The notes under the pieces are model-generated. The model was not told the DNA's origin, did not search any database, and saw nothing but the letters and a program-made list of their open reading frames with translations. A program made the translations under genes and the position numbers. A DNA stretch of 51,136 nt. Source: Ministeria vibrans ATCC 50519 (lineage: Eukaryota > Protista > Filasterea). The stretch covers positions 1 to 51,136 of the forward strand of contig CALSCP010000038.1 in NCBI GenBank assembly GCA_943704425.1. Direction: 5' to 3'. Shown here piece by piece: positions 35,922-49,819 of the stretch (the first letter of the stretch is position 1; every line of letters begins with the position of its first letter).

Positions 35922-38777
35922 ATGTTCTGTTCAAGCTGTTCGGCCTTGCTGCAGCTCGATGCGCCCGCAGAGATGCTTCTGGGACATATTGCGCTTGGGC
36001 TCGTCCTTGCCTGCGTAAGTCGCTTGCCCTGTGGTGCTGTGGCTGCAAAGGAGGACCGTCGTAGGCGTCCACTGCACTCTTTTACATATAGTTTTTGTCA
36101 CTGATCGTTCAATTGCGTTTTTTTTCCCTTTTTATTCACATAATCCTAAAAAATAACATTCTCTCATCCCACAAATGCCATATGTCTCTCCTTGCTGCGC
36201 ATCACATGCATCTCCACGCATATGGTCGTAGCAGTGTCCCGTATGGGCTGTTGTGGCTCTCGCATTAGCACTTTGAAGTGCTCGAGACTTTTTCTTCTTT
36301 TCTTCTCTTTATTTACTTTTCCGCTCTTCTTCTTTACGAGTTCACAGGTTGCGGTGTATGTGATTCGCAAGGTGTTTGGAGTTGCGGCTGGAAATGGGGC
36401 AAGGGACCTGAAGAATGCGGAAATAATGGACTCAAAGGAAATGGGACAAGTGATGGCGGGACACTCACTGGACTTCCGATCACGCGCCAATAGCTACCTT
36501 AAGCGCAACTGGGATGACTTCCGCGTGCGGGAGGGCGACCTGGACGCTCTGGTGCACACGCAGCGGCAGACGGCGCTGGCCAAGACGCGCCAGTTTGTGC
36601 GCACTGGTCTGGTCAAGGTGCAAGATCTTGTCGAAGATCCTCTCAAGTGGATGGCGGCCCATGAGGTACGACACAGCCAAGGGGGCGCTGGGCCTGTTTT
36701 AAGTGACCGAACACGTTTGACAGGTTGTGGCCCTCATTGATCCCTCCGTCACCTACCTCTTCTCGGTCCACTTCAACCTGTTCGGTGGCTCTGTCCTGCG
36801 CCTGGGCACCGAGCGCCACCACAAGGAACTCATCGACAACATCGACTCGCTGACGACTCCCGGTTGCTTTGCTCTCACTGAGTTTTCGCACGGCGTCAAC
36901 TCGGGCTTCTTTATGGACACAACAGCCGTGTACGACCACGCCACACGCGAGTTTGTCATCAACACACCGGGGCCTACTGCTCAAAAGAACTGGATCAGGT
37001 AAATAAATTCAACTTTAAAGCGTGAATTCGACTGATTGTCTCACGCACATACACACTCAGTTTTGCGGCGACTCATGCGGAGCTTGCAGTGGTGTTTGCA
37101 CAACTTGAAGTGGGCGGAGAAGCGCGTGGCGTGCATGCGTTTTTGGTGCGCATCCGCGATGAGCACACGAAGAAAGTGAGCAAAGGAGTGCGCATTGAAG
37201 ATGTTGGACACAAGCCAGTGCTCAACGGAAACGACAAGTGAGAACCACTCACACACGCACACAAATAGCCTCTCGTCTTACTCAACTGACCCACTATAAT
37301 TGTGTGTGTAGTGGACGGATCTTTTTTGACTATGTGCGAGTGCCGCGCGAAGGACTCCTGAACAAGTACAGTGATGTCGACGAAAGCGGAGTGTACTCTT
37401 CGTCGGTTGAGCGACTTCGCGACCGATTTCTCAAAGTACTCACGGGGAGTTTTGCATATATGAGTCGTCTTACATCGGGCTTCATTTATGTAGGTGAGTG
37501 ACCAGCTGATTAGTGGACGAATGGCGATTGGGTCGTGTGCTGTGAAGCTGCACCAACTGGCGACTCTGGCAGCAGTGCGCTACAGTGCCGCACGCACTCA
37601 GGCCCGACCCGTCTCCACGTCGGCCAGTAATCAGAATGGCAGTGCCAAAAACGCAGAGCCTGAATGCGCGACGCTCTGGGGAAATCTGGTGCAGCGTCGG
37701 GCGCTTGTGCCGTGCATTGCAAGTGGCTATGCACTTCAGGTAACTCACATACACCAACCATGTCTTGGTATCAATGTTAAAATTTTTTTGTTAGGCACTT
37801 GCGAATGTGGTGAAACGCGAGTTTGCGCGTGATCGTGAGGACACGCGTGTCATTGATTTGGTGTGCTCGTTCAAGTCGTTCGCGACGTTAGAAGGAGCGC
37901 GTGTGAGTCATCTGTGTCGTGAGAAGACGGGCGGACAGGGACTCATCTCGGCGAACCGGCTGAGCGATCTGAATGCAGTTGCGGCCTCGCTTATTGTGGT
38001 GGAGGGCGATTCAATGTTGCTGGCACAAAAAGCAGTGCGCGGAATGTTGATGGGCGGCAAAGGTAGTGCCGTGGGTGCGATGGTGTCAGGTGTGGTTTCG
38101 GGTGTGTGGGGACGTGCTGTGACGGGACTGGCTGGCGAAGGGGCGCTGGGGTCACTGGCGGCACTGGGCACGCTACTGAAGCTGCGGTGTACGCTGCTGG
38201 TGACGCGACTGAAGCGCACCCTGATGGGCTTGCGTGGCGGTGCGATGATCAAGCAGTGGCAGCGTGTGGCACAGGCCGACGTACTCCACCTGCACCGTGC
38301 CGATGTGGAATGGCGTGCCTTTGTGGCTCTTTGTGCGGTCGCTGATGCATCCTCGAGCGGCACCGAGCGCCTCCTGCGCACCGGCCAGTACCACTCGTCC
38401 GTCATCCGCGACCTCAGCGCCTTCCGTGACTCGCACTTGCTCGGCAAGTGCGAGCGTGCCGCACTGGCTCTCATGGCGCGTGTGTATGCGCTCGATGCTA
38501 TTGAGCGCGATTTAGGCTGGTTCATGTCCTACGCAGGTCTCACGGCAGACGCTGCCATTCGCGTCACCGCCAACATTGACTCTCTCCTCCAGGGAATCAA
38601 CGAGGTACATTCACACCAAAACTATCACTCTAATATTATACTAATATTGATTAATTATTTTTTGCTCTGTGTGTTTAGCCGCTTGTGTTGCGTCTTGTCG
38701 ATGGGTTTGGGCTGCCAGAGGAACTACTGGAGATGCCCATTGCGCTGGGAGAGAAGTGGATTGATGTCATGAAATAG
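35922..38777 (+). CDS. Acyl-CoA oxidase family protein, multi-exon (start uncertain)
   Basis: [78 protein letters not shown] and LVDGFGLP. Confidence 0.88.
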
Positions 38778-39174
38778 AGAGGGAGAAATGTGTGCAAACC
38801 ATTTGTGCGTGCGTGTGTGTGAATCGATAAAGAATGTTTGTTTGTTTTTCTTTGATAGAAGATACTTTGAAAACATTGAATTATATCTCTTTTGCGATGG
38901 TGGATTTCAAAAAAAGCTGGAAGTGTTTAATTCATTGTAATTATGGTTTGACATAAAACTGAAACTATCACTCTTTCTCACTCAGACTGAGTCACATCAC
39001 CATCACTCACTCGGCAGTCCAACCCACACCGCTACACATACTCATCAAGAGGGAGTTCGATTAAAAAGTTGGCTCGCTTGGCTGATGGCCAGACAAGCGA
39101 CGCAATACAGACTCAGATGTGTCGCATAGAATACAATCATTTGTGTACAATAACAGTCACACACCCACAGTGGC

Positions 39175-39710
39175 TCAGCCGCACTGTGCTTTAGTGTAGT
39201 CGGTGCAGGAGCCAGGAAAGGCAATAGAGGATATGTTACCAAAGGTGTGGCGGAACAGGGTGAAGAGGAGACAGTAGTTGGCGCCATCGTCAAATGTATT
39301 GAGCCACTCAGAGGTGACTGACTCAGCCGTTGCAGTGCACATTGTCGAATTGGACGAGAATTTGATTGTCAGGGAATGCTCGCGCCCGCCGCTGTCCACA
39401 TGCGATGCATGGATAGGAGTGTCACCGACAGGCGAGTGTAGGCGGAAGCGGCAGAGCGCAGGAGCGGAGCAATCTGTGGCGTTCAACGCGTCAATGGTTT
39501 CGCCGAGAATCACTACGCTCGGCCGACAGCTGGTCTCGTTCCGCCTGTATGGCACGTAGAATGCAACTTCGCATGCAGCGTGGGTGTACCACGACAGAAA
39601 CACGGCCATGGCGACCGCAAGAAGACCGATACTTCCCGTCTAAGGAGAAGTCAGTTGTTTGCCCTTTCTTCAACTCTCCAACGCACCGCAACAACTTCGC
39701 GAGTTCCCAT
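39175..39710 (-). CDS. Small Cys-containing secreted or signal-anchored protein of unknown function, 2 exons
   Basis: MGTREVVA|TGSIGLLAVAMAVFLSWY leader across a GT-AG intron; then HAACEV, DDGANYCLL and CTDYTKAQC. Confidence 0.65.
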
Positions 39711-39834
39711 GGCGTCAGCAGAATAATAGTATTAAGTTTGAAGTTCTAGTGTTCTACAGCGAAGTAGAAGATGAATATTATAATAATAATTATTATGATT
39801 TATGGTACAAATTCTCAAATTTCTATTTTACTGA

Positions 39835-42800
39835 TCATCTGGTGTACAAATCGTCCTCCTCTTCATCGTCGCCATCCTCATCATCTTCTAGCAGCTCCTC
39901 CAGCATCATGTGAATCTCATGGGCATGCGGTCTCTCGATCCAGCGTGCGTCCCAGCAGCGACAGAGCAGATCGCGCACACGACGGTCAAGCCCTGTGGGA
40001 GGTGCCGGACGACCACCACCACGCACATGCTCACAGATGCCCGTCTCGTCGTCATAGAACGACGCGTATGGTCGCTCTCCGCCACTGTACACTTCCCACA
40101 GGGCCACTCCAAACGAGTACATGTCGGCAGAGGGATGTGACGCGCCACACGAGAGCGCCTCGGGTGCGAGCCAGGGCAGAAGATGCGTGCTGCCAGACGA
40201 CCCTCCGGCCGCATCGCCCACGGGCACATCGCCACCGGTGAAACTCACTTCAAGCGACATGCGCTGCAAACTTCGCACCAGGTAGGACAGACCAGGCGCA
40301 AACAGCTTGGCGTGTGGCTCCCCGCGAGTCGACGAGAACAGCAGTACGTTGGCACAGCAGACGGCGCCGTGGACCACGGGCGGCTGCTGCTGTTCGTGGA
40401 GAAACTCAAGGGCACGCAACACCTCTTGTGCTCGACGCAAATAGCTGCGGCGCGTCAGTTCGTTGCAGCGCACAGACGACAAAAGTGAGCCGAGCGGTGA
40501 GAACTCCAACACAAAGAAGGGCACACACTGCGCGCGCGAGAGTCCCCCACCAAAACACACAACTAGATTCTCATGGCGCAGCCGTCGCATTTCAGCAATG
40601 GTGCGCACAAGCAAGTCACGACGACTCGCATCCACATCGTCCGCTTCATCTTCTGCCGTCTCATTCAAAAACGACGGTTGATACAGCACACTCCCTTCGT
40701 CGAGCCCCGCACGCACTATCCGTCCGTTGACACTGCCAGCAAAACTTCCCGCGTCATAATTGTAGTCTTCGTCGTCGTCGTCGTAGCCATAGTCATTCTG
40801 TCCTTCGCTCTCAATCATCGACTGGTCGTCTTCGGGCAAGAGCAACCCGGCACTCTCGCTCTCTTGTCGCTCCTGCTGTCGTCGCTTAAGCTTCTTCTCC
40901 CGCTCCAATCGTCGTCGTCGCTTCTCTTCACGACGGCGTTTGCGTCGCTGCGCCGCAGCCATAAGTGCCGTCGACGAACTACCCCCACTACTGCCACCAC
41001 CACCACCACCACCACCGCCACTGCCCCCACCGACACTACTGCTGCCCCCCGAAGCAGCAAGTAGACGTGGGTCGACTACAGGCATGGCATCACCGCCGCT
41101 CATGACGAGAGGGCGTGAGCGAGCCACGAGCAAAGACGGCGACGCAAACGGCTTCACATTGGTCAGTTGCACCACGAGCACAGCCATTCCTTGCCATCGA
41201 CCACGCAGCTGTCGCACCACCACTCCGCCGTCCATCTCCAGTGGCGCATACGACGATGATGATCCCGCCGTCGTGTTCGTGCCACCACCAGTGAGGGAGC
41301 GTGCGTCGGTATCGGTGGGCACGCGAACGTTTTCCTCGATGATATGCAAGTCCTCATCCGTAATGAGAAAGTTACTGGTGTACGCGGCAATTTCCGAGCC
41401 AGATGTCTTCACAAGTGACGTGTAGGTGACGCGGGCGTCGCGTACACGCACTGTCACGGCAATGGAGACGGCGATAAGCAGAATGACAAAGATGAGACTG
41501 CCAATGGCAATAAACACCCACGGTGTGTGGCAGCCGTCGGTTTTCAGATAGCCAAAGTGACAGGAGCAGCGTCGCTCGCTCGTGTGCACATTGACAATGG
41601 AGCAGGCGCCGTGGCCGTGGCACAGGTCGTCGTAGCCTGGAGCACACAAGTTGCACTGGTCGAGACTCTGTGCACCCGGTCGGTGCGTGGTGGAGCCAGC
41701 GGGACACGCCGTACAGTTGACCATGCCGGCGTACGAGGCAAACGAGCCCCGATCGCACGGTGTACACGTGGACAAAAGGAAGTCGGACGACACCGAGCCA
41801 GGGTTGCAGCCGGGCAAGAGGGTAAGGGAGCCGTTGAGGGACGAGCCGCCGTTGGCAAAGACGAGTGGCACTGAGGCTGCGGCACCGGCGCTCGTCGTAG
41901 AGACAACGCGATCTTGAGTGAGTGTGGCAAGTCCCGAGACAGCCCGAAAGGCGCTCCCCGAAGTGTGGAGGCGCATCCAGGGGTGTGGTTGCGTCGACTT
42001 TAGCGAGAAGGTCCAGACGTCGTCGAGGTCACCGGCGTGACCCTTGTTGCTGTCCAAGTTGGTACCGGACTGACCTCCTATGAGTACGAGTTTGGAGCCA
42101 AAGGCAACCATGGAGGCGAGCACGCGCCCAATGGGCGAGAACACCGGCTGAGAGCCGTCGTCGAGCAGCTCCCAGTGCAAGGTGCGAAAGGAAAAGGACC
42201 ATAAGTCGGTGAGAATTTCTGTGCCGCTGGCGCCGCCACAGCATCCACTGTAAACGTAAGCGGTGTAGCCAAGCACAGCGGCGGCGTGCTTGGCGCGCGC
42301 GGGAGGTGAAGGCGAAGTATCGTCGTGAGGAACGCGGGTCCAGGACATGTCATAGAAGGACAGCAGGTAGGTGTCGTTGGCGAGCGTGCCGTTGGCAAGC
42401 AGACCCCCAAAGAGCATCATGGACGACGCCTCGGCCGAGCCCACCGCCGAGTGGTAGGCGCGAGCGGACGGGGCCGACGGAGAGACGTCCATGAGCGACC
42501 ACAGCCACGGCTCGCCGTCCTTCTGCGGTATCAGCGCCCAAGTTTCGTCTGTGGCGCGCGTGCCGTTGACAAGGCCGCCAAACACAACAACGTACGTGGT
42601 GAACACGTCGACGGCACAGCTGACCGCCGAGTGCCCGTAGCGCGGCCACGGCAGTGTTTCGCCAATCGGGAAAAGTTCTTTCCAACGAACTTGTTCGAGA
42701 TCGTCTGTGGCATTTTCGCTTGTCACTCCATACCACAAGTCGCCGAGCGCCGCCAGCGACGCCTCTCCGCGATCCATGGCCTCTGCACCACTTGGACTGG

Positions 42801-42984
42801 CCACGTGCTGTCCGCCGTACAGGACGAGGCCTGTGGCGCAGTGGACGAGCGAGTGCATCTGACGCGCCGAAGGCATCGTCGACGACTCCACTTCCACGCG
42901 ATCCCACTCGTTTGCACTCAGCGCCCCCGTCGCCAGCCCAACGGCGCTTGCCACCAGGGCAGCGTACACCAGGAGTACTCTCAT
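39835..42984 (-). CDS. Receptor pseudokinase: signal peptide, Kelch repeats, Cys-rich ephrin-receptor-like repeat, EGF, TM, degenerate tyrosine-kinase-like domain; single exon
   Basis: PSARQMHS/PRYGHSA/ARAYHSA + FGG repeats; CTPCDRGSF..CTACPAGSTT; CHGHGAC..CSCHFGY. TM WVFIAIGSLIFVILLIAVSIAVTV. Kinase remnants LRHENLV, WLAPE, SADMYSFGVALWEVYSGGERPY and CW...RP. Confidence 0.88.
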   Translation of the reverse strand: MRVLLVYAALVASAVGLATGALSANEWDRVEVESSTMPSARQMHSLVHCATGLVLYGGQHVASPSGAEAMDRGEASLAALGDLWYGVTSENATDDLEQVRWKELFPIGETLPWPRYGHSAVSCAVDVFTTYVVVFGGLVNGTRATDETWALIPQKDGEPWLWSLMDVSPSAPSARAYHSAVGSAEASSMMLFGGLLANGTLANDTYLLSFYDMSWTRVPHDDTSPSPPARAKHAAAVLGYTAYVYSGCCGGASGTEILTDLWSFSFRTLHWELLDDGSQPVFSPIGRVLASMVAFGSKLVLIGGQSGTNLDSNKGHAGDLDDVWTFSLKSTQPHPWMRLHTSGSAFRAVSGLATLTQDRVVSTTSAGAAASVPLVFANGGSSLNGSLTLLPGCNPGSVSSDFLLSTCTPCDRGSFASYAGMVNCTACPAGSTTHRPGAQSLDQCNLCAPGYDDLCHGHGACSIVNVHTSERRCSCHFGYLKTDGCHTPWVFIAIGSLIFVILLIAVSIAVTVRVRDARVTYTSLVKTSGSEIAAYTSNFLITDEDLHIIEENVRVPTDTDARSLTGGGTNTTAGSSSSYAPLEMDGGVVVRQLRGRWQGMAVLVVQLTNVKPFASPSLLVARSRPLVMSGGDAMPVVDPRLLAASGGSSSVGGGSGGGGGGGGGSSGGSSSTALMAAAQRRKRRREEKRRRRLEREKKLKRRQQERQESESAGLLLPEDDQSMIESEGQNDYGYDDDDEDYNYDAGSFAGSVNGRIVRAGLDEGSVLYQPSFLNETAEDEADDVDASRRDLLVRTIAEMRRLRHENLVVCFGGGLSRAQCVPFFVLEFSPLGSLLSSVRCNELTRRSYLRRAQEVLRALEFLHEQQQPPVVHGAVCCANVLLFSSTRGEPHAKLFAPGLSYLVRSLQRMSLEVSFTGGDVPVGDAAGGSSGSTHLLPWLAPEALSCGASHPSADMYSFGVALWEVYSGGERPYASFYDDETGICEHVRGGGRPAPPTGLDRRVRDLLCRCWDARWIERPHAHEIHMMLEELLEDDEDGDDEEEDDLYTR

Positions 42985-43101
42985 CACAAAATAATAATAA
43001 GTCATTAATTTGTATTTTTGTTATTATTACTCATATCAAAAAATTAATGATCACGAGTTCAAAAAAGCAAAAAAAATATAAGCTTAATAAACAAGGCATT
43101 T

Positions 43102-43933
43102 TCATTCTGTGGGAGCAGTGTCCTTGGCAGCAACATGATGATGCAAATGATCTTCCAAAAAAGACGCAATAAAAAAGTAGGAGTGATCGTAGCCTTCGTG
43201 TTTGCGCAGGACCACATTGACGGCCTGGTTCTGCGCCGACGCACGCACAAAGTTGTCGGGGAGCAGCTGGAGTTGGGTCAGGAAGGAGTCAGAGGCGCCC
43301 TGGTCGATGAGGATTTCAAGGGGTGGGCCGTCGTAGGTGGCGGCCAGCTCGCATGCGTCCCATTTGGACCACTGAGACTTGTCGGTGTCGCCCAAGTAGC
43401 CGGTGAATGCCTTGACACCCCAAGGGCCTAGCAAAGAGAAAAGATTCAGTGCATGTGTGAGTCGTGGTCAATCAGGAAGAGTACAGTTGATAGGGTTGCA
43501 GATAGGAGCAAAGGCCGAGACGGAGGTGTAGAGACCCGGCGAGCGCAGCGCACACACAAGCGCACCGTGACCGCCCATCGAGTGACCCATCACCGACTGT
43601 TGCGCCTCGTCGCCGTTGAAGTTTTGAAGGACCACGCGAGGCAGTTCGCTCGTGACCTACAACAACGCACGTTCCAGAACAAAAATGAAATGGCTTGTGT
43701 CACGAATGCTGGCACGATTACATAGGAAAACATGTTGTAGTGCTCCTTCCACTTGTCTTCAGTCGCATCAATGTAGAACCCGGCACCTGAAAAAACAAAA
43801 TGAGAAAGGAGGGAGAGAGAAACAAAAGTGATAAGAGAGAGCAAAAGAGAGAGTAAGAGTGAGAGTTAGAGTGAGAGAGAAAGTAACAAAGTGATAAAGA
43901 GAGAGAGAGGAGAAATAAACAAAGTGATGAAAG

Positions 43934-44022
<89 letters not shown>

Positions 44023-44365
44023 TGTGGTGCGCACCAGTGCCAAAATCCCAAGAATCGTCTTCGCCCTCAATGTTACATCCGCCTGTAAGAGAAGAAGCAG
44101 AAGCAGTACGGCGTGTGAGCATTGAACAGGGCAGTGGCAGAGGGTGCTGCATGGTGATGTACGGGGGCTGGTGTCGGGGCAGACGACGAGGGCGCCGTAG
44201 TGGGCGGCGAGGCGAGGGGCGCCGGCCTTGTCGACGAAGTTCTTGTCGGTGCAGGTGAGCCTGCGAAGACAGTGGGTCGGACACACGCATCGTGGCATGG
44301 TGCTTTCTTACCCCGACAGCCAGTAGACAATGGGGACCTTCTCGGTTTCGGCCTGGAGAGAGAGA

Positions 44366-44396
<31 letters not shown>

Positions 44397-44564
44397 TGAG
44401 TGATTGGGTTTTGCTGATTGTGCATTTGCACTCACCTGCGGAGGAATGATGACTGAGAACACCATCGAGCACTTGAGGGCGTCCGACGTGTGTTGGAATT
44501 GCTTGACCTGACAGCCAAAGCATTTGGTGGAAGACTTTTCTTCAATCTTTGTTGGATCAGACAT
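43102..44564 (-). CDS. ESD: S-formylglutathione hydrolase (esterase D), multi-exon
   Basis: [44 protein letters not shown] and GYDHSYFFI. Confidence 0.96.
43938..44018. repeat. (GA)n microsatellite, intronic
   Basis: Pure dinucleotide run. Confidence 0.95.
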
Positions 44565-44667
44565 GATTACAGGAAGAGTAATAAAAGTAAACGCACAATG
44601 AATAATAATAATAATAGTAATAATAACGATTTATTATCGTCTTTAGTACATTAATTATACACTACTA

Positions 44668-47600
44668 TTACGTTTTGTCCTTTTGGCTAAACTGACGTCT
44701 CAGCGACTCATAGTGCTCAAGCTGCTCAGCGGTGACGGAGGGGGTCGCACGCGCTGCTGCCTCGAGAAGATCCGCTTGACACACCGACACTTGCGGGGAC
44801 TCGAGTGACGAGGTGATGGTCCGTCGCACTGCGCCAAACATGGCGTCGGCAACAACGCCGTACATATCGGCCCCAGTGAGACGTGCGGGAGTCACAGTGG
44901 CGATGTGAGCGAGGTCGACATCGTTGGCGAGCGGGAAACGACGTGTGAGGGCACGCAGGACATTGACGCGGTGCTCCGCGGCTGCAGGAATGCCCAGGTA
45001 GAGCAGGCGGTCAAGACGGCCAGGGCGCATGAGAGCATCGTCCAGCAAATCAGGGCGATTGGTTGCGCCAATGATGAACACATCGGGGGTCGAGCCGGCT
45101 CCGTCAAGCTCCGCCAGCAACTGGCTTACCACACGGTCCATGACACCCCCCGTGTCGCTGTTACGGCCCCGTGCGGGCGCAAGCGAGTCCAGTTCGTCAA
45201 AGAAGATGACACAGGGACGCGCATCGCGAGCACGCGCAAACACCCGTCGCACATTGGCCTCACTCTCACCCACATAGGCACTAATGAGCTCGGGACCATT
45301 CACTGCAAGAAAGTTCAACGAACACTCCGTCGCTACTGCCTTGGCCACGAGCGTCTTGCCCGTCCCCGGTGGCCCATACAACAATAAACCCGACCGCTGT
45401 AGTGCTCCGGCGCCCCGGAACAACTCAGGCTGCTCCAATGGCAACTGAATTGCATCAGATATCTCCCGCTTCACCTCATCCAGTCCTCCAATGTCGGCCC
45501 AGTGCACATCCGGGACTGACGTTGCACCGCCAGCGTCACGCACTGCCACGCGCATCTCCTTAACCGCACTCATCACATCGCAGTGCTCGACAATCACACC
45601 ACTCACTTCAAGACGCGCAAACGTGTCCAGTGTGCGCTCGGCAAAGGCACATGCGACCAGGGACGAAGAAGAAGATGCGGAGGAACTGCCATCGCTCGAC
45701 GGGAAGAGCTTCTTCTTCGTCTTGCACAGGCGCGAGTAGACACGAAAGGCGGCAGAGTCACGCAGTTGCACGAGTTGACGTCGCGAGAACCCGGCCGTTT
45801 CGTCAGCAACAGCACTGTGATCAATGGCGTGCGAGGGTACCGTGCGCTGCAGCAACTGTATGCGTGTTTTGCGATCTGGAGCGGAAAGATGCAAGGTGTC
45901 GCATTGGAGCGCACGGAGATGCGCATTGAGTCGCTCCGCGCGATCAGCCGACAGCACACACAAGAGCCGTTGGTGAGCGAGTTGACTGCGCAGCACAGTC
46001 GCAACACTGTCATCGTCAGCTAGCAAATCAGCATGATGCAAGTGCAAGAGCGCATGAGGTGCACCTGCAACCGCCCGTTGACACGCGAGACGCACTGCGC
46101 GACGTGTAGACACATCCGAGTCACCCATGAGCGCTCCGCAGTGCACCGAGTGAACGTGCACGCCAAGACGCGCGGCAACAGCATGGACAGCCGCACTTTT
46201 ACCGGCCCCTTCGGAACCTGTCAACACATACACACAGAGCGTGGATTGCTCATTGTTTTCGTCACTGCACCATCTCAGCCATGACAAGAGACTTTCGCAG
46301 GCGTCATAAAGACCGACAGGCCACTCACGTGATCCACGAGGCGCCACACGAGACACACTGGTGCCCGACGAGAGAGACACAGTCGTGTTGAGCGACACAA
46401 GTGTGGCACATGAAGATGATTTGGGATCAACAGAGACCACACGAAAGTGGGCATTGTGGTGCGCAGTGGTAAATACGTCGCCGGGAGCGAGAGCGCGCGC
46501 CACTTTGAAATGTTCGGTGAGCGCTTTCGCAATGGTCTCGTCGTGATTGGACACCAGTGTATTGTCGGTAGGATCGCCTTCCGCTGAGTCGTGATGCATG
46601 GTGTGACCCGTCTCGACTCGAGCAAGGTTAGCTGTGACGGCAACGGGCGGTGACTGTTCGCAGAGAGAGACAGTGACGTGTGGAGTGTTGCGAAATGGCA
46701 GCCACAGCTGTGGTGACAGTGTTATGCGAAACAAGTGTTCAGCACCATTTCCATTTGTGTCATCATCTTCTTTATCTTCTTCATCCGAGTCAGCAATCAA
46801 GAGACGCGCAATGCGCGTGATGCCGGTGTCAGGATCACACAGACGAACCCAAGAGAACTCAACGGCACTCAGTGCAATGGCAACGGCAAGAGGAGCAATA
46901 GCACACGCATTGATGTCCACTTTGGTTGGCAATGTCGCTGTGGGCGCATCTTCATCAAAGAAGTATGTTGGACGCACTCGAAGAGCTGTTTGAAAGGTGG
47001 GCACGAGTGCACCAGTCGCATCAAAGACAAGTTGGTCGTCAAAGGTCGCGCTGCCTTCTTTTTGCATCGAGCTCGCCTGCAAAGCAAGCAATGAGAGCAT
47101 CGCATCGGTGTCGTCATCGAGAGAGACAGTGCCCATCGACCTAAAGGCAGATTCCTTGTCGACGTGAAACGGCTGCACAATCGTGTCACTGAGAAGGATG
47201 CGGGTGTCGCGTGAGACGACGCCTTGCACGACGGGAGAAGCATGGGCAACGACAAACGGCGCCTGTGCTCCAAGCCAATCTGGTGTTTGTCCTACTCGCG
47301 CAACGATGAGCGCGTCGGCAAACTCGGGAGGCGGAAGCGGCTCATCGGAGGGACGTGTTCGTGCCACAACAAGCGTGTCGAGCGTCAACGGTGTCGGAGC
47401 GAATCTGAGCGTCAAGGGAGCAGCAAGCAGCAAGGGTTCAGCCGGAAGGGGACAGGAGAACGGAGGGGAGGGGGGGATGCATTGGGGTATACCGGCAGTC
47501 GACGTGGGTCGTGGTGGACGGCAGAGCACAGCGGCCTTGGAGCAAAGGCGAGAGCGACAAGGCATCCTCTGTTGCGTCCGTCTGGCTCAACGCAGCCAGG

Positions 47601-47707
47601 CGCCAGAGCCCTCGGCCGTTGGCAGGGCGTAACCACACAAACGACGTGTGTGGTGACGGCAAGCTAGCGCTGAGAGGCAGTTGCGTTGGGCAACTGCGAA
47701 GTTTCAT
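44668..47707 (-). CDS. PEX6: Peroxisome biogenesis AAA ATPase Pex6, 2 exons
   Basis: Degenerate D1 (GSEGAGKS). D2 reads [58 protein letters not shown] and RPGRLD. Exon 1 starts at ATG 47707, with an intron at ~47405-47490. Confidence 0.9.
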
Positions 47708-47896
47708 CAAAACGAGTGAAAATAAAATAATAATGAAGTCACCGTCTGTCATTCAGTCAGGCGTAAGTTTTTTTTTGTCTTATGCAGTGATCAGACTTTT
47801 ATAGACTTCTCTTTCTCAAGCTTTCATTCCTTAATTTCCTTTCTTTGTGCGGACTGTTCAGTACTAGTTCCCTTTTCGAGCCGATTATGTATAGTA

Positions 47897-49492
<1,596 letters not shown>

Positions 49493-49774
49493 TCAGTAGA
49501 GACTAAAGAAAAGTGAAAATTATCATTAGTGAGTGACTAGTCAGTTCATAGTCACTTCACTTCAAAAAAATTATTGGGCTTAGCACATTTTCGAATGATC
49601 GGTTGTTTGTTTCTCCGCCAGTTCACAAGTTTTTACCCTATTCACTTCAAATCTTCTACCCAATTTGATTAAACCCAATAGTCCTTAAATGTCCTACACT
49701 CCTAGCCTAGGCGTGCTACGTACATGGCAGAATCCGATGAAATGAATTTGATGGGTAAAACAGCACACAATATT

Positions 49775-49817
<43 letters not shown>

Positions 49818-49819
49818 GA

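Noticed and set aside
35922-47707. Functional clusters (ACOX + PEX6; CHK2 + SUN + TOPBP1)
   Set aside because: Interspersed with unrelated genes; compatible with chance in a compact genome.
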